From contig OZ245838.1 of the NCBI GenBank assembly GCA_965228735.1, positions 5,792,001-5,856,000 of the forward strand: a DNA stretch of 64,000 bases. The letters are read 5' to 3'. Within the stretch, counting starts at the first letter, position 1. Every line of letters begins with the position of its first letter. The stretch is from Planctomycetota bacterium. Its GTDB lineage: Bacteria; Planctomycetota; UBA1135; UBA2386. Made by a program: the position numbers and the translations under genes. Shown piece after piece: positions 49,699 through 58,335 of the stretch. A model generated the notes under the pieces. The model was not told the DNA's origin. It saw only the letters and a program-made list of their open reading frames with translations, and did no database searches.

Positions 49699-50142
49699 AT
49701 GCTTGCCAATCCGGTCGTCATCCCGGTCTACGCCGATCCGGTCGTGTGGATCATCGGAGTGCTCGGGCTGGTCGTCGAGATCGCGCTCGTGGCGCGGCTC
49801 GTCGCCCTGGGTCGACTGCGCGGCAGTCGCGTCACGGACATCATCGTGCTGCTCAACCTCGTGACGTGGGTCACGTTCCTGGTCGCCGTCGATCAGCTGG
49901 TCGCGCCGGCGAGCGACAACGCGATCCGGGTCCTCGTCGGCCTCGAGCTCGGCGTCGTCGTGATCGAAGCGGCCGCGCTTCGCGTTCTGACGCATCGTCG
50001 CTGGCCCGAGACGGTCGGCCCGTTCCGGCGACTCGGCCTCGGTGGCGCGTTCGCCGTGTCGCTGCTGGGCAACATCGTGTCGATTGCGGTCAGCAGCGCG
50101 TTGCCGCTGTCGATCTGGGGGATCCGCTCGTTGTTGGCGTGA
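49699..50142 (+). CDS. hypothetical membrane protein (about 4 TM)
   Basis: Hydrophobic; VVE, LNLVT, LELGVVVIEA, GNIVS pattern. Confidence 0.7.
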   Translation: MLANPVVIPVYADPVVWIIGVLGLVVEIALVARLVALGRLRGSRVTDIIVLLNLVTWVTFLVAVDQLVAPASDNAIRVLVGLELGVVVIEAAALRVLTHRRWPETVGPFRRLGLGGAFAVSLLGNIVSIAVSSALPLSIWGIRSLLA

Positions 50143-50205
50143 AGCTCCGAGGTCGGGTGCCCGCACCGAGGGTTTTGGGGGCGACAGAGTATCGTGACGA
50201 CCAGC

Positions 50206-50424
50206 ATGAGTGACCGCTTCGAGTACCGCGTCGTGCACTTCAACGCCGAGCGTTGGACCGTGTCCGGGCTGCCGAACGACCTCAACGAGTTGTTCGACGA
50301 GTATGGCTCGCAGGGCTGGGAACTCGTCGGCACCGAAGCGGTTCAGCGGGCCTCGTTGTTCCTGTGGGGTGGGTCGAGGACCGTCGGCGTCGTCGCGTTC
50401 TTCAAGCGGCGCCTCGCGCCGTAG
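50206..50424 (+). CDS. DUF4177 family protein
   Basis: FEYRVV...YGSQGWELVG...FFKR. Confidence 0.82.
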   Translation: MSDRFEYRVVHFNAERWTVSGLPNDLNELFDEYGSQGWELVGTEAVQRASLFLWGGSRTVGVVAFFKRRLAP

Positions 50425-50456
50425 TCTGCCGCGGCAGCCGCCTGCAGCCGAACGCC

Positions 50457-50729
50457 ATGAGCAACTCCCATCACGAACATCGCGACGACGAGCCGGATCG
50501 GTTCGAGCCCGACGAACAGCCGAAATCGATGCTGCGGGAACTCGGCGAGGGCGCAGTGCAGGAGGCGCGGTTCTCGTTCCGATTCGCGCTCGTCATGGCT
50601 CTGGTCGGCGGCGTCGTTCTCGGGGGGCTGGGGCTCTGGAACTTCGGCACGCCGGGGCTGTTGATCGGCGGCGGGGCCGGCGCGGTTGCCGGCGGCGCGG
50701 TGGGGCTGTGGGCGTGGTTCAACGCCTAG
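50457..50729 (+). CDS. small Gly-rich membrane protein
   Basis: Charged N-terminus plus two Gly-rich TM segments. Confidence 0.6.
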   Translation: MSNSHHEHRDDEPDRFEPDEQPKSMLRELGEGAVQEARFSFRFALVMALVGGVVLGGLGLWNFGTPGLLIGGGAGAVAGGAVGLWAWFNA

Positions 50730-50868
50730 ACGGAAGCGGTTGGCGGAAACGCGCGACGAACCCGGGCTCGGCCCCGATTCGCCTCGGCGGCCAGCCGGCA
50801 CCGGCGGTAACGTAGGCCTCCTGGCGTTCACGCTCCCGACGCCAGCAGCCCCGCCTCCGAGGTCCACG

Positions 50869-51912
50869 ATGCGAACCCTCCTCTCCCTCTCCGCCCTCCT
50901 CGTCGCCCCCGCGTTCACGGTCTCCTCCGCGCTCGCCCAGACCACGATCGCGCTGTCCACGGGCGCGCCCGTCGCCGTGATGACGAACGAAGCCGGTGCG
51001 AACGCGACGTTCGACGGCGTCGCGCAGGGCACGGCGATCACGGGGTGGCCCAACAACGTCGCGATCTCGACGAGCCAATACCCGAACGGCAAGTCGCTCT
51101 ACGCGTCGACGAGCATCTACGCGACGCAGCCGTACCAGGGCGGCATCGGGTTCAACTTCTTCGAGCGCGCCGCGGTGCGCGGGGCGCCGGCCGACGTCGC
51201 GGGCACGAGCGCGTCCGCGACCGCGACCGGGGCGACCGTCGCGCCGCACGAAGTGCTCGCGACCTACTCGGCGACCCCGGGCACGGTCGGTGTCATCCGG
51301 GTCTCCTACCAGAACAACCCGGCGCAGGGCGGCGTCGTGGTCGCGACGGTCGACATCGACGACGACGGCACGCTCGAGTTCAACCAGTCGACGGGCGGGG
51401 TCGCGAACATTCCCTACACGTTCGGCCCGAGCGGTCAGGTCACGGTGCGCGTGACGAGCGAGTGTCACATCAACGGCGTCGGCGTCGGTACCCACAACTA
51501 CTGCTGGGCCGACATCTGGGTCGGCTTCCGGCCGGACCTCACGGCGACGTGCACGCTGACGAACTACGGTCAGGGTTGCGGCGGCGTCGCGGCGGTCGGC
51601 AGCGAGCAGATCAACGCCGGCAACCGAACGATCACGATCGCCGGCTCGGGTTGTTTCCCGGGGGACCCGGTGATCGTCGCGAGCGGTTCACAGCAGATCA
51701 ATCTGCCGCTCCTGCTCGGCTGCTCGCTCCTGAGCAACGCCGAGGGCGTCACGCTCGTGACCGCGGATGCCGCCGGTGACGCGAGCGCGAGCTGGGTGAT
51801 CCCGGTGACGGTCATCGGCACGACCTTTGTTCAGATGCTGCCGATCACGACGCAGAATCAGGCACTCGTGATCAGTGCCAGCAACGGCGTCGAGATCGAC
51901 TGCTTCCTGTAG
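50869..51912 (+). CDS. secreted protein with the shared C-terminal domain
   Basis: Signal peptide ending ALAQ; VDIDDDGTLEF; C-terminal YGQGC...SNGVEIDCFL. Confidence 0.8.
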   Translation: MRTLLSLSALLVAPAFTVSSALAQTTIALSTGAPVAVMTNEAGANATFDGVAQGTAITGWPNNVAISTSQYPNGKSLYASTSIYATQPYQGGIGFNFFERAAVRGAPADVAGTSASATATGATVAPHEVLATYSATPGTVGVIRVSYQNNPAQGGVVVATVDIDDDGTLEFNQSTGGVANIPYTFGPSGQVTVRVTSECHINGVGVGTHNYCWADIWVGFRPDLTATCTLTNYGQGCGGVAAVGSEQINAGNRTITIAGSGCFPGDPVIVASGSQQINLPLLLGCSLLSNAEGVTLVTADAAGDASASWVIPVTVIGTTFVQMLPITTQNQALVISASNGVEIDCFL

Positions 51913-51929
51913 CGCGCCGGGAGGCGACC

Positions 51930-52151
51930 ATGAACGAGCAGACGCCGCGCGACGACGAGCAGGAACGCAAGAGCCGGCAGGCCACGTCGATGGGTTCCGG
52001 CGTCGCGATCGGCGTCGGGATCGGGGTGGCGCTGGGCGTCGCGCTCGACAACATCGCGATCGGGATCGCGATCGGTGCGGGTGTCGGCGTCGCGCTGGGA
52101 GCGGGTGGGGCCGCTGCCGCTCAGGGCAGGAGCAAGGGTGACGGGAGTTGA
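51930..52151 (+). CDS. glycine-zipper small membrane protein
   Basis: GVAIGVGIGVALGVALDNIAIGIAIGAGVG; GGAGG RBS upstream. Confidence 0.75.
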   Translation: MNEQTPRDDEQERKSRQATSMGSGVAIGVGIGVALGVALDNIAIGIAIGAGVGVALGAGGAAAAQGRSKGDGS

Positions 52152-52157
52152 CGAGCG

Positions 52158-53303
52158 TCAGGCGCTCGCCTCGTCCTCGTCGTCGTAGAGCCCGAGCGCG
52201 TCGTTGAGCACGGCGGCGATCCACTTCAGCTCCTGCTCGTCGCGGCCCGTCCACAGCCCGAGGCGTTCGTCGCCGGCGTGGATCGCGAGCTGCGGCACGG
52301 GCGAGTTGTTGACCCGCATCGTGCTCGCCTCGACGTCGATGAGATCGATATCGCCGGCCTTCCACTCGTGCGTCTTGGTGCCGAACAGGTTGGTCCGCTT
52401 GATCGCGAGCTTGTCGTGGATCACGCCGATGAGGGCGCGCCGGCGTCCCATGTTGATCGCGATGGTCAGCACGACGCCGCCGACGAGCCAGAACGGGATC
52501 AGGATGAGCAGCGCGAGCCAGCCGTCGCCGTCCTCGCCGATCGCGTCGGCGCCGAGCAGGCCGATCGTCATGAGCGCGATGAAGACCGTCCAGACGGTGC
52601 CGAAGATGAACAGACCCTTCGAGCCGCGCACGAGGCCGGCCGGCGGCAGCGTGAGCATCAGGCCGACATCGTTGCGTTCGAGGACCGCCTTGCTGCTGCG
52701 CGGTTGTTCGACGAGCGCTCGCTTGATCCGGCGGCGCCGCGTCTGCTTCGGCGCCTCGACCTCGATCGGGGTGTCCTCGGTGTCGAGGCCGAGATACGGG
52801 GCGAAGTCGCGCGCCGCTTCCTCGAGCACTTCGACTCTGTGCGCGAGCGCCAGGTAGAAGTCCTTGCCGGACTCGAACTCGCCGACGAGGTGGCCGAAGC
52901 CGTGCAGCGGTCGATTGTTCGACTCCATCTGCGCTTCGAGGACGCGCAGTCGCTTCAGGCCTTGTAGCGGGCGCTTGCGGGTCCACCAGAACGGGCCGCC
53001 ACGTTCGCGCGCGTAGATGATGCCGTGATCCACGCGGATCTCGCTGCGGCCGAACTTCGCGAAGCAGCCGAAGACCATGAGCATCGCGCCGACGAGCGAG
53101 AAGCCGACGGACATGAACATGTCGAACGAATCGAACACGAGCACGGCCGTCCACGGTCCCGCGATCGCGAGGAAGCCGAACCCGAGGAACATGCCGCCGA
53201 CGAACCCGAGGCCGGGGACGTTGCGTTTCGGCATCACCATCGTCGCGCCGTCCCCGAGCGGCGCCGGTGTGACGCCGGGTCCGCCCATCGTGCCAGTAGC
53301 CAT
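52158..53303 (-). CDS. membrane protein with two 2TM-plus-soluble modules
   Basis: Two pairs of TM segments, each followed by a beta-rich region ending ESNNRP / RVNNSP. Confidence 0.7.
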   Translation of the reverse strand: MATGTMGGPGVTPAPLGDGATMVMPKRNVPGLGFVGGMFLGFGFLAIAGPWTAVLVFDSFDMFMSVGFSLVGAMLMVFGCFAKFGRSEIRVDHGIIYARERGGPFWWTRKRPLQGLKRLRVLEAQMESNNRPLHGFGHLVGEFESGKDFYLALAHRVEVLEEAARDFAPYLGLDTEDTPIEVEAPKQTRRRRIKRALVEQPRSSKAVLERNDVGLMLTLPPAGLVRGSKGLFIFGTVWTVFIALMTIGLLGADAIGEDGDGWLALLILIPFWLVGGVVLTIAINMGRRRALIGVIHDKLAIKRTNLFGTKTHEWKAGDIDLIDVEASTMRVNNSPVPQLAIHAGDERLGLWTGRDEQELKWIAAVLNDALGLYDDEDEASA

Positions 53304-53384
53304 GATCCGATCGAACCCGCGGGCCGCGGTCGCGGCAACTCGCCCGTGAGGTTTCTCTCGCGGCGACCTATGCTGGCTTCGCCG

Positions 53385-53930
53385 ATGACTCCGACCGCCC
53401 GACTCTCTCTGGCAGCTCTCGCGCTGACCGCGCTGTGCGCCGGCTGCGCGACGACCGACCCCGAGTTGCCCGTCAACGCGATCGCGCACGAGGCGATCAC
53501 GCCGCTCGCGTTCCTCTCCGGGCGCTGGCTCAGCGTCAACTCGAACGACACCGTCAACGAGGAGCACTGGATGCCGCCGCGCGGGCGATTCCTGCTCGGC
53601 ACGTTTCGGCAGATCCGGCTCGACGGCAAGTGCGCATTCGTCGAGCTGAGCCAGATCTCGCTCGCTGACGACGGTGAGATCGTGCTGCGGCTGCGGCACC
53701 TCCATCGGAACCTCGAGGTGCCCGAGAAGCGCAAGGATGCGAACGTGTTCCGCCTCGTCGCGCTCACCGCCGATCGCGTTGAGTTCGTGGGCACGGGCGA
53801 CGCCGAGGGCGTCAGCAGCGTCGTCTACGAACGGCGAGGGGCCGATGAACTCGTCCAGACGATCTCGTTCGACCCGCAGAAGTCGAAGGAGAAGCCGTTC
53901 GTGTCCGTGTATCGCCGCGCGGGCGACTGA
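53385..53930 (+). CDS. DUF6265-like lipoprotein
   Basis: Lipobox CAGC; LAFLSGRW, EEHWMPPRG..LLG.FR, LRLRH. Confidence 0.75.
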   Translation: MTPTARLSLAALALTALCAGCATTDPELPVNAIAHEAITPLAFLSGRWLSVNSNDTVNEEHWMPPRGRFLLGTFRQIRLDGKCAFVELSQISLADDGEIVLRLRHLHRNLEVPEKRKDANVFRLVALTADRVEFVGTGDAEGVSSVVYERRGADELVQTISFDPQKSKEKPFVSVYRRAGD

Positions 53931-53980
53931 CCGGGCAACGCACGGTTGCAAACTGGCGGGAGGCGCGCAGACTCAGCGGC

Positions 53981-54559
53981 GTGGCCCATAGCTATGCGTA
54001 TCCGCGGCCCGCGGTCACGGTCGACACGGTGCTCGCGACGGTCGGCGATCGGGGCGATCTGCGGGTCCTGCTCATCGAACGAGCGCGGCCGCCGTTCGCC
54101 GGCTCCTGGGCGCTGCCCGGTGGGTTCGTCGATCAGCACGAGGATCTCGAGGTCGCAGCGAGGCGCGAGATGCTCGAGGAGACGCATCTGCAGCTCGGTC
54201 CGATGGTGCAGCTCGGAGCCTATGGCACGCCGCACCGCGATCCGCGCGGTCACACCGTCGGGGTCGCGTACCTGGCGCTCTGCGGGCCGGGCGATGCCCG
54301 AGGTCAGGCGGGTGACGATGCCGCGGACTGCCGGTGGTTCGGCCTGCGGCGACCGCCGAAGCTCGCGTTCGATCACGGGTTGATCCTGCGCGACGCGCGC
54401 GCCGAGTTCGTGCGGCTCGCGGCGGACGAGGACGGGTTTCGGAAGACGTTCTGTGGGCGGCGGCGGCCGCAGTGGCTCGCCGACGTGCGGCAGGCGGCGC
54501 TCGCGCTCGGGCCCGCCGGCGAGCCGAAGCGAGTTCGGAAGAGGAGGCAGAGCCGATGA
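53981..54559 (+). CDS. NUDIX hydrolase (ADP-ribose pyrophosphatase/NrtR N-domain-like)
   Basis: YPRPAVTVD, WALPGGFV...AARREMLEET, RDPRG, LAFDH. Confidence 0.9.
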   Translation: MAHSYAYPRPAVTVDTVLATVGDRGDLRVLLIERARPPFAGSWALPGGFVDQHEDLEVAARREMLEETHLQLGPMVQLGAYGTPHRDPRGHTVGVAYLALCGPGDARGQAGDDAADCRWFGLRRPPKLAFDHGLILRDARAEFVRLAADEDGFRKTFCGRRRPQWLADVRQAALALGPAGEPKRVRKRRQSR

Positions 54560-55632
54560 CAGCAGCCGTGTCGACGTCCGATCGGGCCCGCGCCGACATC
54601 GACTTCGAAGCCGCCATGCACGAGGTCGAGAACAACCTCGAGGTGCGGCGGCTCATGGTCGTCCTGAGCAACGTGCTCACGCCCGCGTGCGTGATGGCGG
54701 TGACCGACGCGATGTCCGGGGCCGACCCGACGCCCGCGCTCGCGTGGCTGCCGCCGCTCGTGCTGCCGATCTGCGGCGGGCTGCTGCTCGCTGGCGGTGT
54801 GCTCGTGACCGGCGTCGTCGCGCGTTGTCACTTCGGACTCGTCATCAACGGCACCAAGATGCGCAAGGTCGAGACCGGCAGGCTCGATCTGCAGGCGCTC
54901 AACTGGCTCGGCGTCGCGACCAACTTCCTCGCGCTCACCGCGTTGTCGGCCGCGCTCGGGGCGGTCAGCCTCGTCGCGGGCCTCGGCGTGGTCGACTGGT
55001 GGTGGCCCTGGGCCGCGGGCGCTGCGACGTTCGCGTTGCTCATGCTCTGGCTGCCCGTGACGCACGTGCGGGCCAATCGTCGGTGCCGGCAACTCGACGC
55101 GGATTGGCAGCACGGCACCCCGTCGCGCCAGCTCGGCATCGAGCACGCGCGCAAGTCGCTCGACAGCACGACCGCGGACATCGCCGTCATCGTCGTCATG
55201 GCGGTCGCGCTGTTCGTCGGGGTCTTCAACGCGCTGACCAACGTCGGCGCCGTTCCCGATGACCTCGGCGTCGAGCCCTCGCCGGCGGCGATCAAGTCGC
55301 TGGCGCCCGTGGTGCTGCTCACGTTCGTGCTCGTTTCGCTGCTGTTGTCGAGCCGGATCCTCGTGCGCCTGCGCATCGCGTTCGGGCACCACGCGGCTCG
55401 CCTCGCGAAGCTGCGGGAGGAACAGGATCCGACGGCGCTCGTGTTCCGCCTGCCGGAGCGCACCTATCTGCTCTACCTCATCGTGCTCGCGCTCGCGGTC
55501 GCCACGGCGATCATGCTCGGCTGGGAACGTGGCGGTCGCACGATCGGCCTCTCGGCGGGCGGCGTGATGCTCGTCGCGGGTGCCGTCTGGTATCCGATGG
55601 TCCTGCGCGGCGCGCGGCGCGCTAGTCTGTGA
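54556..55632 (+). CDS. hypothetical multi-pass membrane protein
   Basis: Multiple hydrophobic segments; ATGA overlap with the NUDIX gene. Confidence 0.72.
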   Translation: MTAAVSTSDRARADIDFEAAMHEVENNLEVRRLMVVLSNVLTPACVMAVTDAMSGADPTPALAWLPPLVLPICGGLLLAGGVLVTGVVARCHFGLVINGTKMRKVETGRLDLQALNWLGVATNFLALTALSAALGAVSLVAGLGVVDWWWPWAAGAATFALLMLWLPVTHVRANRRCRQLDADWQHGTPSRQLGIEHARKSLDSTTADIAVIVVMAVALFVGVFNALTNVGAVPDDLGVEPSPAAIKSLAPVVLLTFVLVSLLLSSRILVRLRIAFGHHAARLAKLREEQDPTALVFRLPERTYLLYLIVLALAVATAIMLGWERGGRTIGLSAGGVMLVAGAVWYPMVLRGARRASL

Positions 55633-56066
55633 TGGTGCTACAGCCCTTTCATCTGGCGTTCCCGGTCACCGATCTCGCGGCGGCGCGGTCGTTCTATGGC
55701 GAATTGCTCGGCTGTCCCGAAGGGCGGTCGAGTGCCGGCTGGGTCGACTTCGACCTCTTCGGCCACCAGATCGTCGCGCATCGCGTCAGCGAAGCCGCGT
55801 TGCCGCGCCGCGAGCGCAACCCCGTCGACGGCGAGCAGGTGCCCGTGCCGCACTTCGGCGTCGTGCTCGCATGGGAGCAGTGGGAAGAACTCGCGACGCG
55901 GTTGCGCGAGCGCGCCGTGGACTTCGTGATCGAGCCAACGGTGCGGTTCGCCGGCCAGCACGGCGAGCAGGCGACGATGTTCTTCCTCGACCCGTTCGGC
56001 AACGCGCTCGAGTTCAAGGCCATGCGGCACCCCGAGCAACTGTTCGAGCCGACCCCAGGCCCTTAG
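55629..56066 (+). CDS. VOC/glyoxalase family protein
   Basis: [53 protein letters not shown]. Confidence 0.9.
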   Translation: MMVLQPFHLAFPVTDLAAARSFYGELLGCPEGRSSAGWVDFDLFGHQIVAHRVSEAALPRRERNPVDGEQVPVPHFGVVLAWEQWEELATRLRERAVDFVIEPTVRFAGQHGEQATMFFLDPFGNALEFKAMRHPEQLFEPTPGP

Positions 56067-56548
56067 GCGGGGCCGACGAGCGCGACCGCGGTCGCGCGCA
56101 ACGATTCCCCGCGACCGATCGGGCCGACCTTCTCGCCGGTCTTGCCCTTGATGTTCACCCGGTCGACGTCGGCGCCGAACAGCTCGGCGATGCGCTCGCG
56201 CATCACGACGCGGTGGCGCTGCAGCTTCGGCACGTTCGTCTCGAGCACGACGTCGATCGACCAGACGCACAGTCGCAGGGCCCGAACGCGCTGCATCGCC
56301 GCCGCGCAGAAGTCCGAGCTCGCCCGGTCCTTGTTCTCCTCGGCCTGATCCGAGAACAGGCTGCCGAGATCATCGAGCCCGCACGCGCCGAGCACGGCGT
56401 CCGTCACCGCGTGCAGCACCGCGTCGCCGTCGCTGTGCCCGACGGGCCCGACGGGCGAGTCGATCTCGACGCCACCGAGCACGCACCGGCGCCCTTCCTC
56501 GAGCCGATGCACGTCGATCCCGAGACCGATGCGAGGATGATCATTCAT
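56063..56548 (-). CDS. ispF: 2-C-methyl-D-erythritol 2,4-cyclodiphosphate synthase
   Basis: [38 protein letters not shown]. Confidence 0.95.
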   Translation of the reverse strand: MNDHPRIGLGIDVHRLEEGRRCVLGGVEIDSPVGPVGHSDGDAVLHAVTDAVLGACGLDDLGSLFSDQAEENKDRASSDFCAAAMQRVRALRLCVWSIDVVLETNVPKLQRHRVVMRERIAELFGADVDRVNIKGKTGEKVGPIGRGESLRATAVALVGPA

Positions 56549-56610
56549 GCCGCCAGCGTAGACCGTGGCCGTACCGAACCCGTTTCAAATCCGCCACGCC
56601 CCTGGCGCGG

Positions 56611-56790
56611 CGCTACCGTACGGAACCAGGTTCATGCTGCCGGCCGCAGGTGAGGTTCACGCTACCGTACGGAACCAGGTTCATGCTGCCGGCCGCAGGT
56701 GCGCTGCCTTGCGGGCGGCGTTCCGGCGGCCGGCAGCATGAACCTGGTTCCGTACGGTAGCGCAGGATGAACCGCGTACCGTATCGGTCA
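56611..56790. repeat. cluster of palindromic-family units: two identical 42-bp direct copies, one 37-bp inverted copy, one degenerate copy
   Basis: cgctaccgtacggaaccaggttcatgctgccggccgcaggtg at 56611-56652 and 56660-56701; reverse complement of its first 37 nt at 56726-56762; caggatgaaccgcgtaccgta at 56763-56783. Confidence 0.92.
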
Positions 56791-57501
56791 GTCGGTCAGG
56801 CCGGCGGCCAGGATCGCGGCGGCCAGGGGGAGGTCTTCGGGGCGCGTGATCTTGAGGTTGGTGGGGCGGCCGGGGACGACGGCGACGGGTTCGCCGAGGT
56901 GTTCGACGAGGCTGACGTCGTCGGTGCCCGAGAACTGCGTCGCGCGCGCGTGGTCGAACGCGCGGTGCAGCAGGTCGCGGCGCACGATCTGCGGGGTCTG
57001 GGCCTGCCAGATTCCGGCCCGGTCGACGGTCTGCAGGATCATGTCGTCGTCGACCTTCTTGAGCGTGTCCGCGGCCGGCACGGCGAGCAGCGCGGCGCCG
57101 GTCGCGCGGGCGGCGTCGATGCATTCGCGCGTCGCGGCGATCGGCAGCAGCGCGCGCGCCGCGTCGTGGATGAGAACGAGTTCCTCCGCGGCCGGGGGGC
57201 CATCGTCGGCCAGCGCCGCGAGGCCGTTCTGCATCGACGCCTGCCGCGAGTCACCGCCGATCGCGAAGCGCACGTCGCCGAGCGCGGTCAGGCGATCGCG
57301 CCACGGGGCGATGAGTTCGTCGTCGGTCGCACCGGTCACGATCACGAGCCGATTGCCGGCGCGAAAGTCGGTCGCGCGCGCGAGGCGTTCGGCCGAGTGC
57401 AGCAGCAGCGGCTTGTCCTCGAGCTGCAGATACGCCTTGGGCACCGGGCCGCCGAAGCGCGTTCCGCGTCCGGCGGCGAGCAGCAAACACGCGACCTTCA
57501 C
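56788..57501 (-). CDS. ispD: 2-C-methyl-D-erythritol 4-phosphate cytidylyltransferase
   Basis: LAAGRGTRFG..PKAY, GGDSRQAS, IHDAAR, DTLK, AQTPQ, TDD, NLKIT.PED. Confidence 0.95.
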   Translation of the reverse strand: MKVACLLLAAGRGTRFGGPVPKAYLQLEDKPLLLHSAERLARATDFRAGNRLVIVTGATDDELIAPWRDRLTALGDVRFAIGGDSRQASMQNGLAALADDGPPAAEELVLIHDAARALLPIAATRECIDAARATGAALLAVPAADTLKKVDDDMILQTVDRAGIWQAQTPQIVRRDLLHRAFDHARATQFSGTDDVSLVEHLGEPVAVVPGRPTNLKITRPEDLPLAAAILAAGLTD

Positions 57502-57526
57502 GGCGCGAGACACTACACTCCGGCGC

Positions 57527-58117
57527 GTGGCGGTGGTGCGGATTCTGGGTATCGACCCGGGGACTACGTGTGTGGGCTACGCGTGTCTCGAGATCGCGCT
57601 GGCCTCGCCGCGGGCAGCCGGCGCAGCACCCCTCGCCCTGCGCGCGAGCAACGTGCGCGCGGCCGACACCAGTAGCGGCGATGCGCGCGTCGTGGATTGC
57701 GGCGTCCTGCGCCTCGGCGCCCGCGGCACGCCGTTGACGGATCGGCTGTTTGCACTCGACCGCGAGTTCGCACGGCTCGTCGACGCGCACGGTCCCGACG
57801 AGGTCGCCCTGGAAGAGGCGTTCTACGGCAAGAGCGTGCAGGCGGCGCTGCGCATCGGCGAGGCGCGCGGCGTGATCCTGGCCGGGGCGGCGCGCGCGGC
57901 GATGACCGTGCATCAGTTCGCGCCCGCCCGGATCAAGCGCTGCGTCACGGGGCGCGGGAACGCGACCAAGGAGGTCGTGGCCGCGATGGTCTCGCGGCTC
58001 GTCCGCTTGCCGTCCGATGTGGCCGAACTGCCGCGCGACGCGACCGACGCGGTCGGGATCGCGCTCACGCGGATCGAGCAGCGTCGGTCGCCGCTGCTCG
58101 GCTCCGACGCGGGCTGA
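57527..58117 (+). CDS. ruvC: Holliday junction resolvase
   Basis: RILGIDPG, ALEEAF, IGEARGV, GRGNATKE, DATDA. Confidence 0.93.
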   Translation: MAVVRILGIDPGTTCVGYACLEIALASPRAAGAAPLALRASNVRAADTSSGDARVVDCGVLRLGARGTPLTDRLFALDREFARLVDAHGPDEVALEEAFYGKSVQAALRIGEARGVILAGAARAAMTVHQFAPARIKRCVTGRGNATKEVVAAMVSRLVRLPSDVAELPRDATDAVGIALTRIEQRRSPLLGSDAG

Positions 58118-58171
58118 AGCCGGCGTTTCGATCGCGCCGTAGCCCGGGCGCGAAACGCCGCGGCGCGCCCG

Positions 58172-58200
58172 TTGCAACTCGTCATGCGGTGAGCCATAAT
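58172..58200 (+). promoter_or_regulatory. sigma-70-type promoter
   Basis: TTGCAA - 17 nt - CATAAT, intergenic, upstream of the 58336 gene. Confidence 0.65.
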
Positions 58201-58335
58201 CCGCCAGCGGTTAGTGAGGATCGTTCCTGATATCGTGGAACGGCGGCAACGTCTGGCTCCGCCCAGACCGCCCGCCCGGTCCGGCGCTCAGCGTGAGCGC
58301 CGCGGGGGATCCTCTCACCCTATGGAGGAACGGGC

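Noticed and set aside
56611..56701. 42-bp direct repeats as a mini CRISPR array
   Set aside because: Only two direct copies, a 7-nt spacer, an inverted third copy and no cas genes.
57527..58117. RuvC as a Cas/TnpB nuclease
   Set aside because: Its size and motifs are those of the canonical Holliday junction resolvase.
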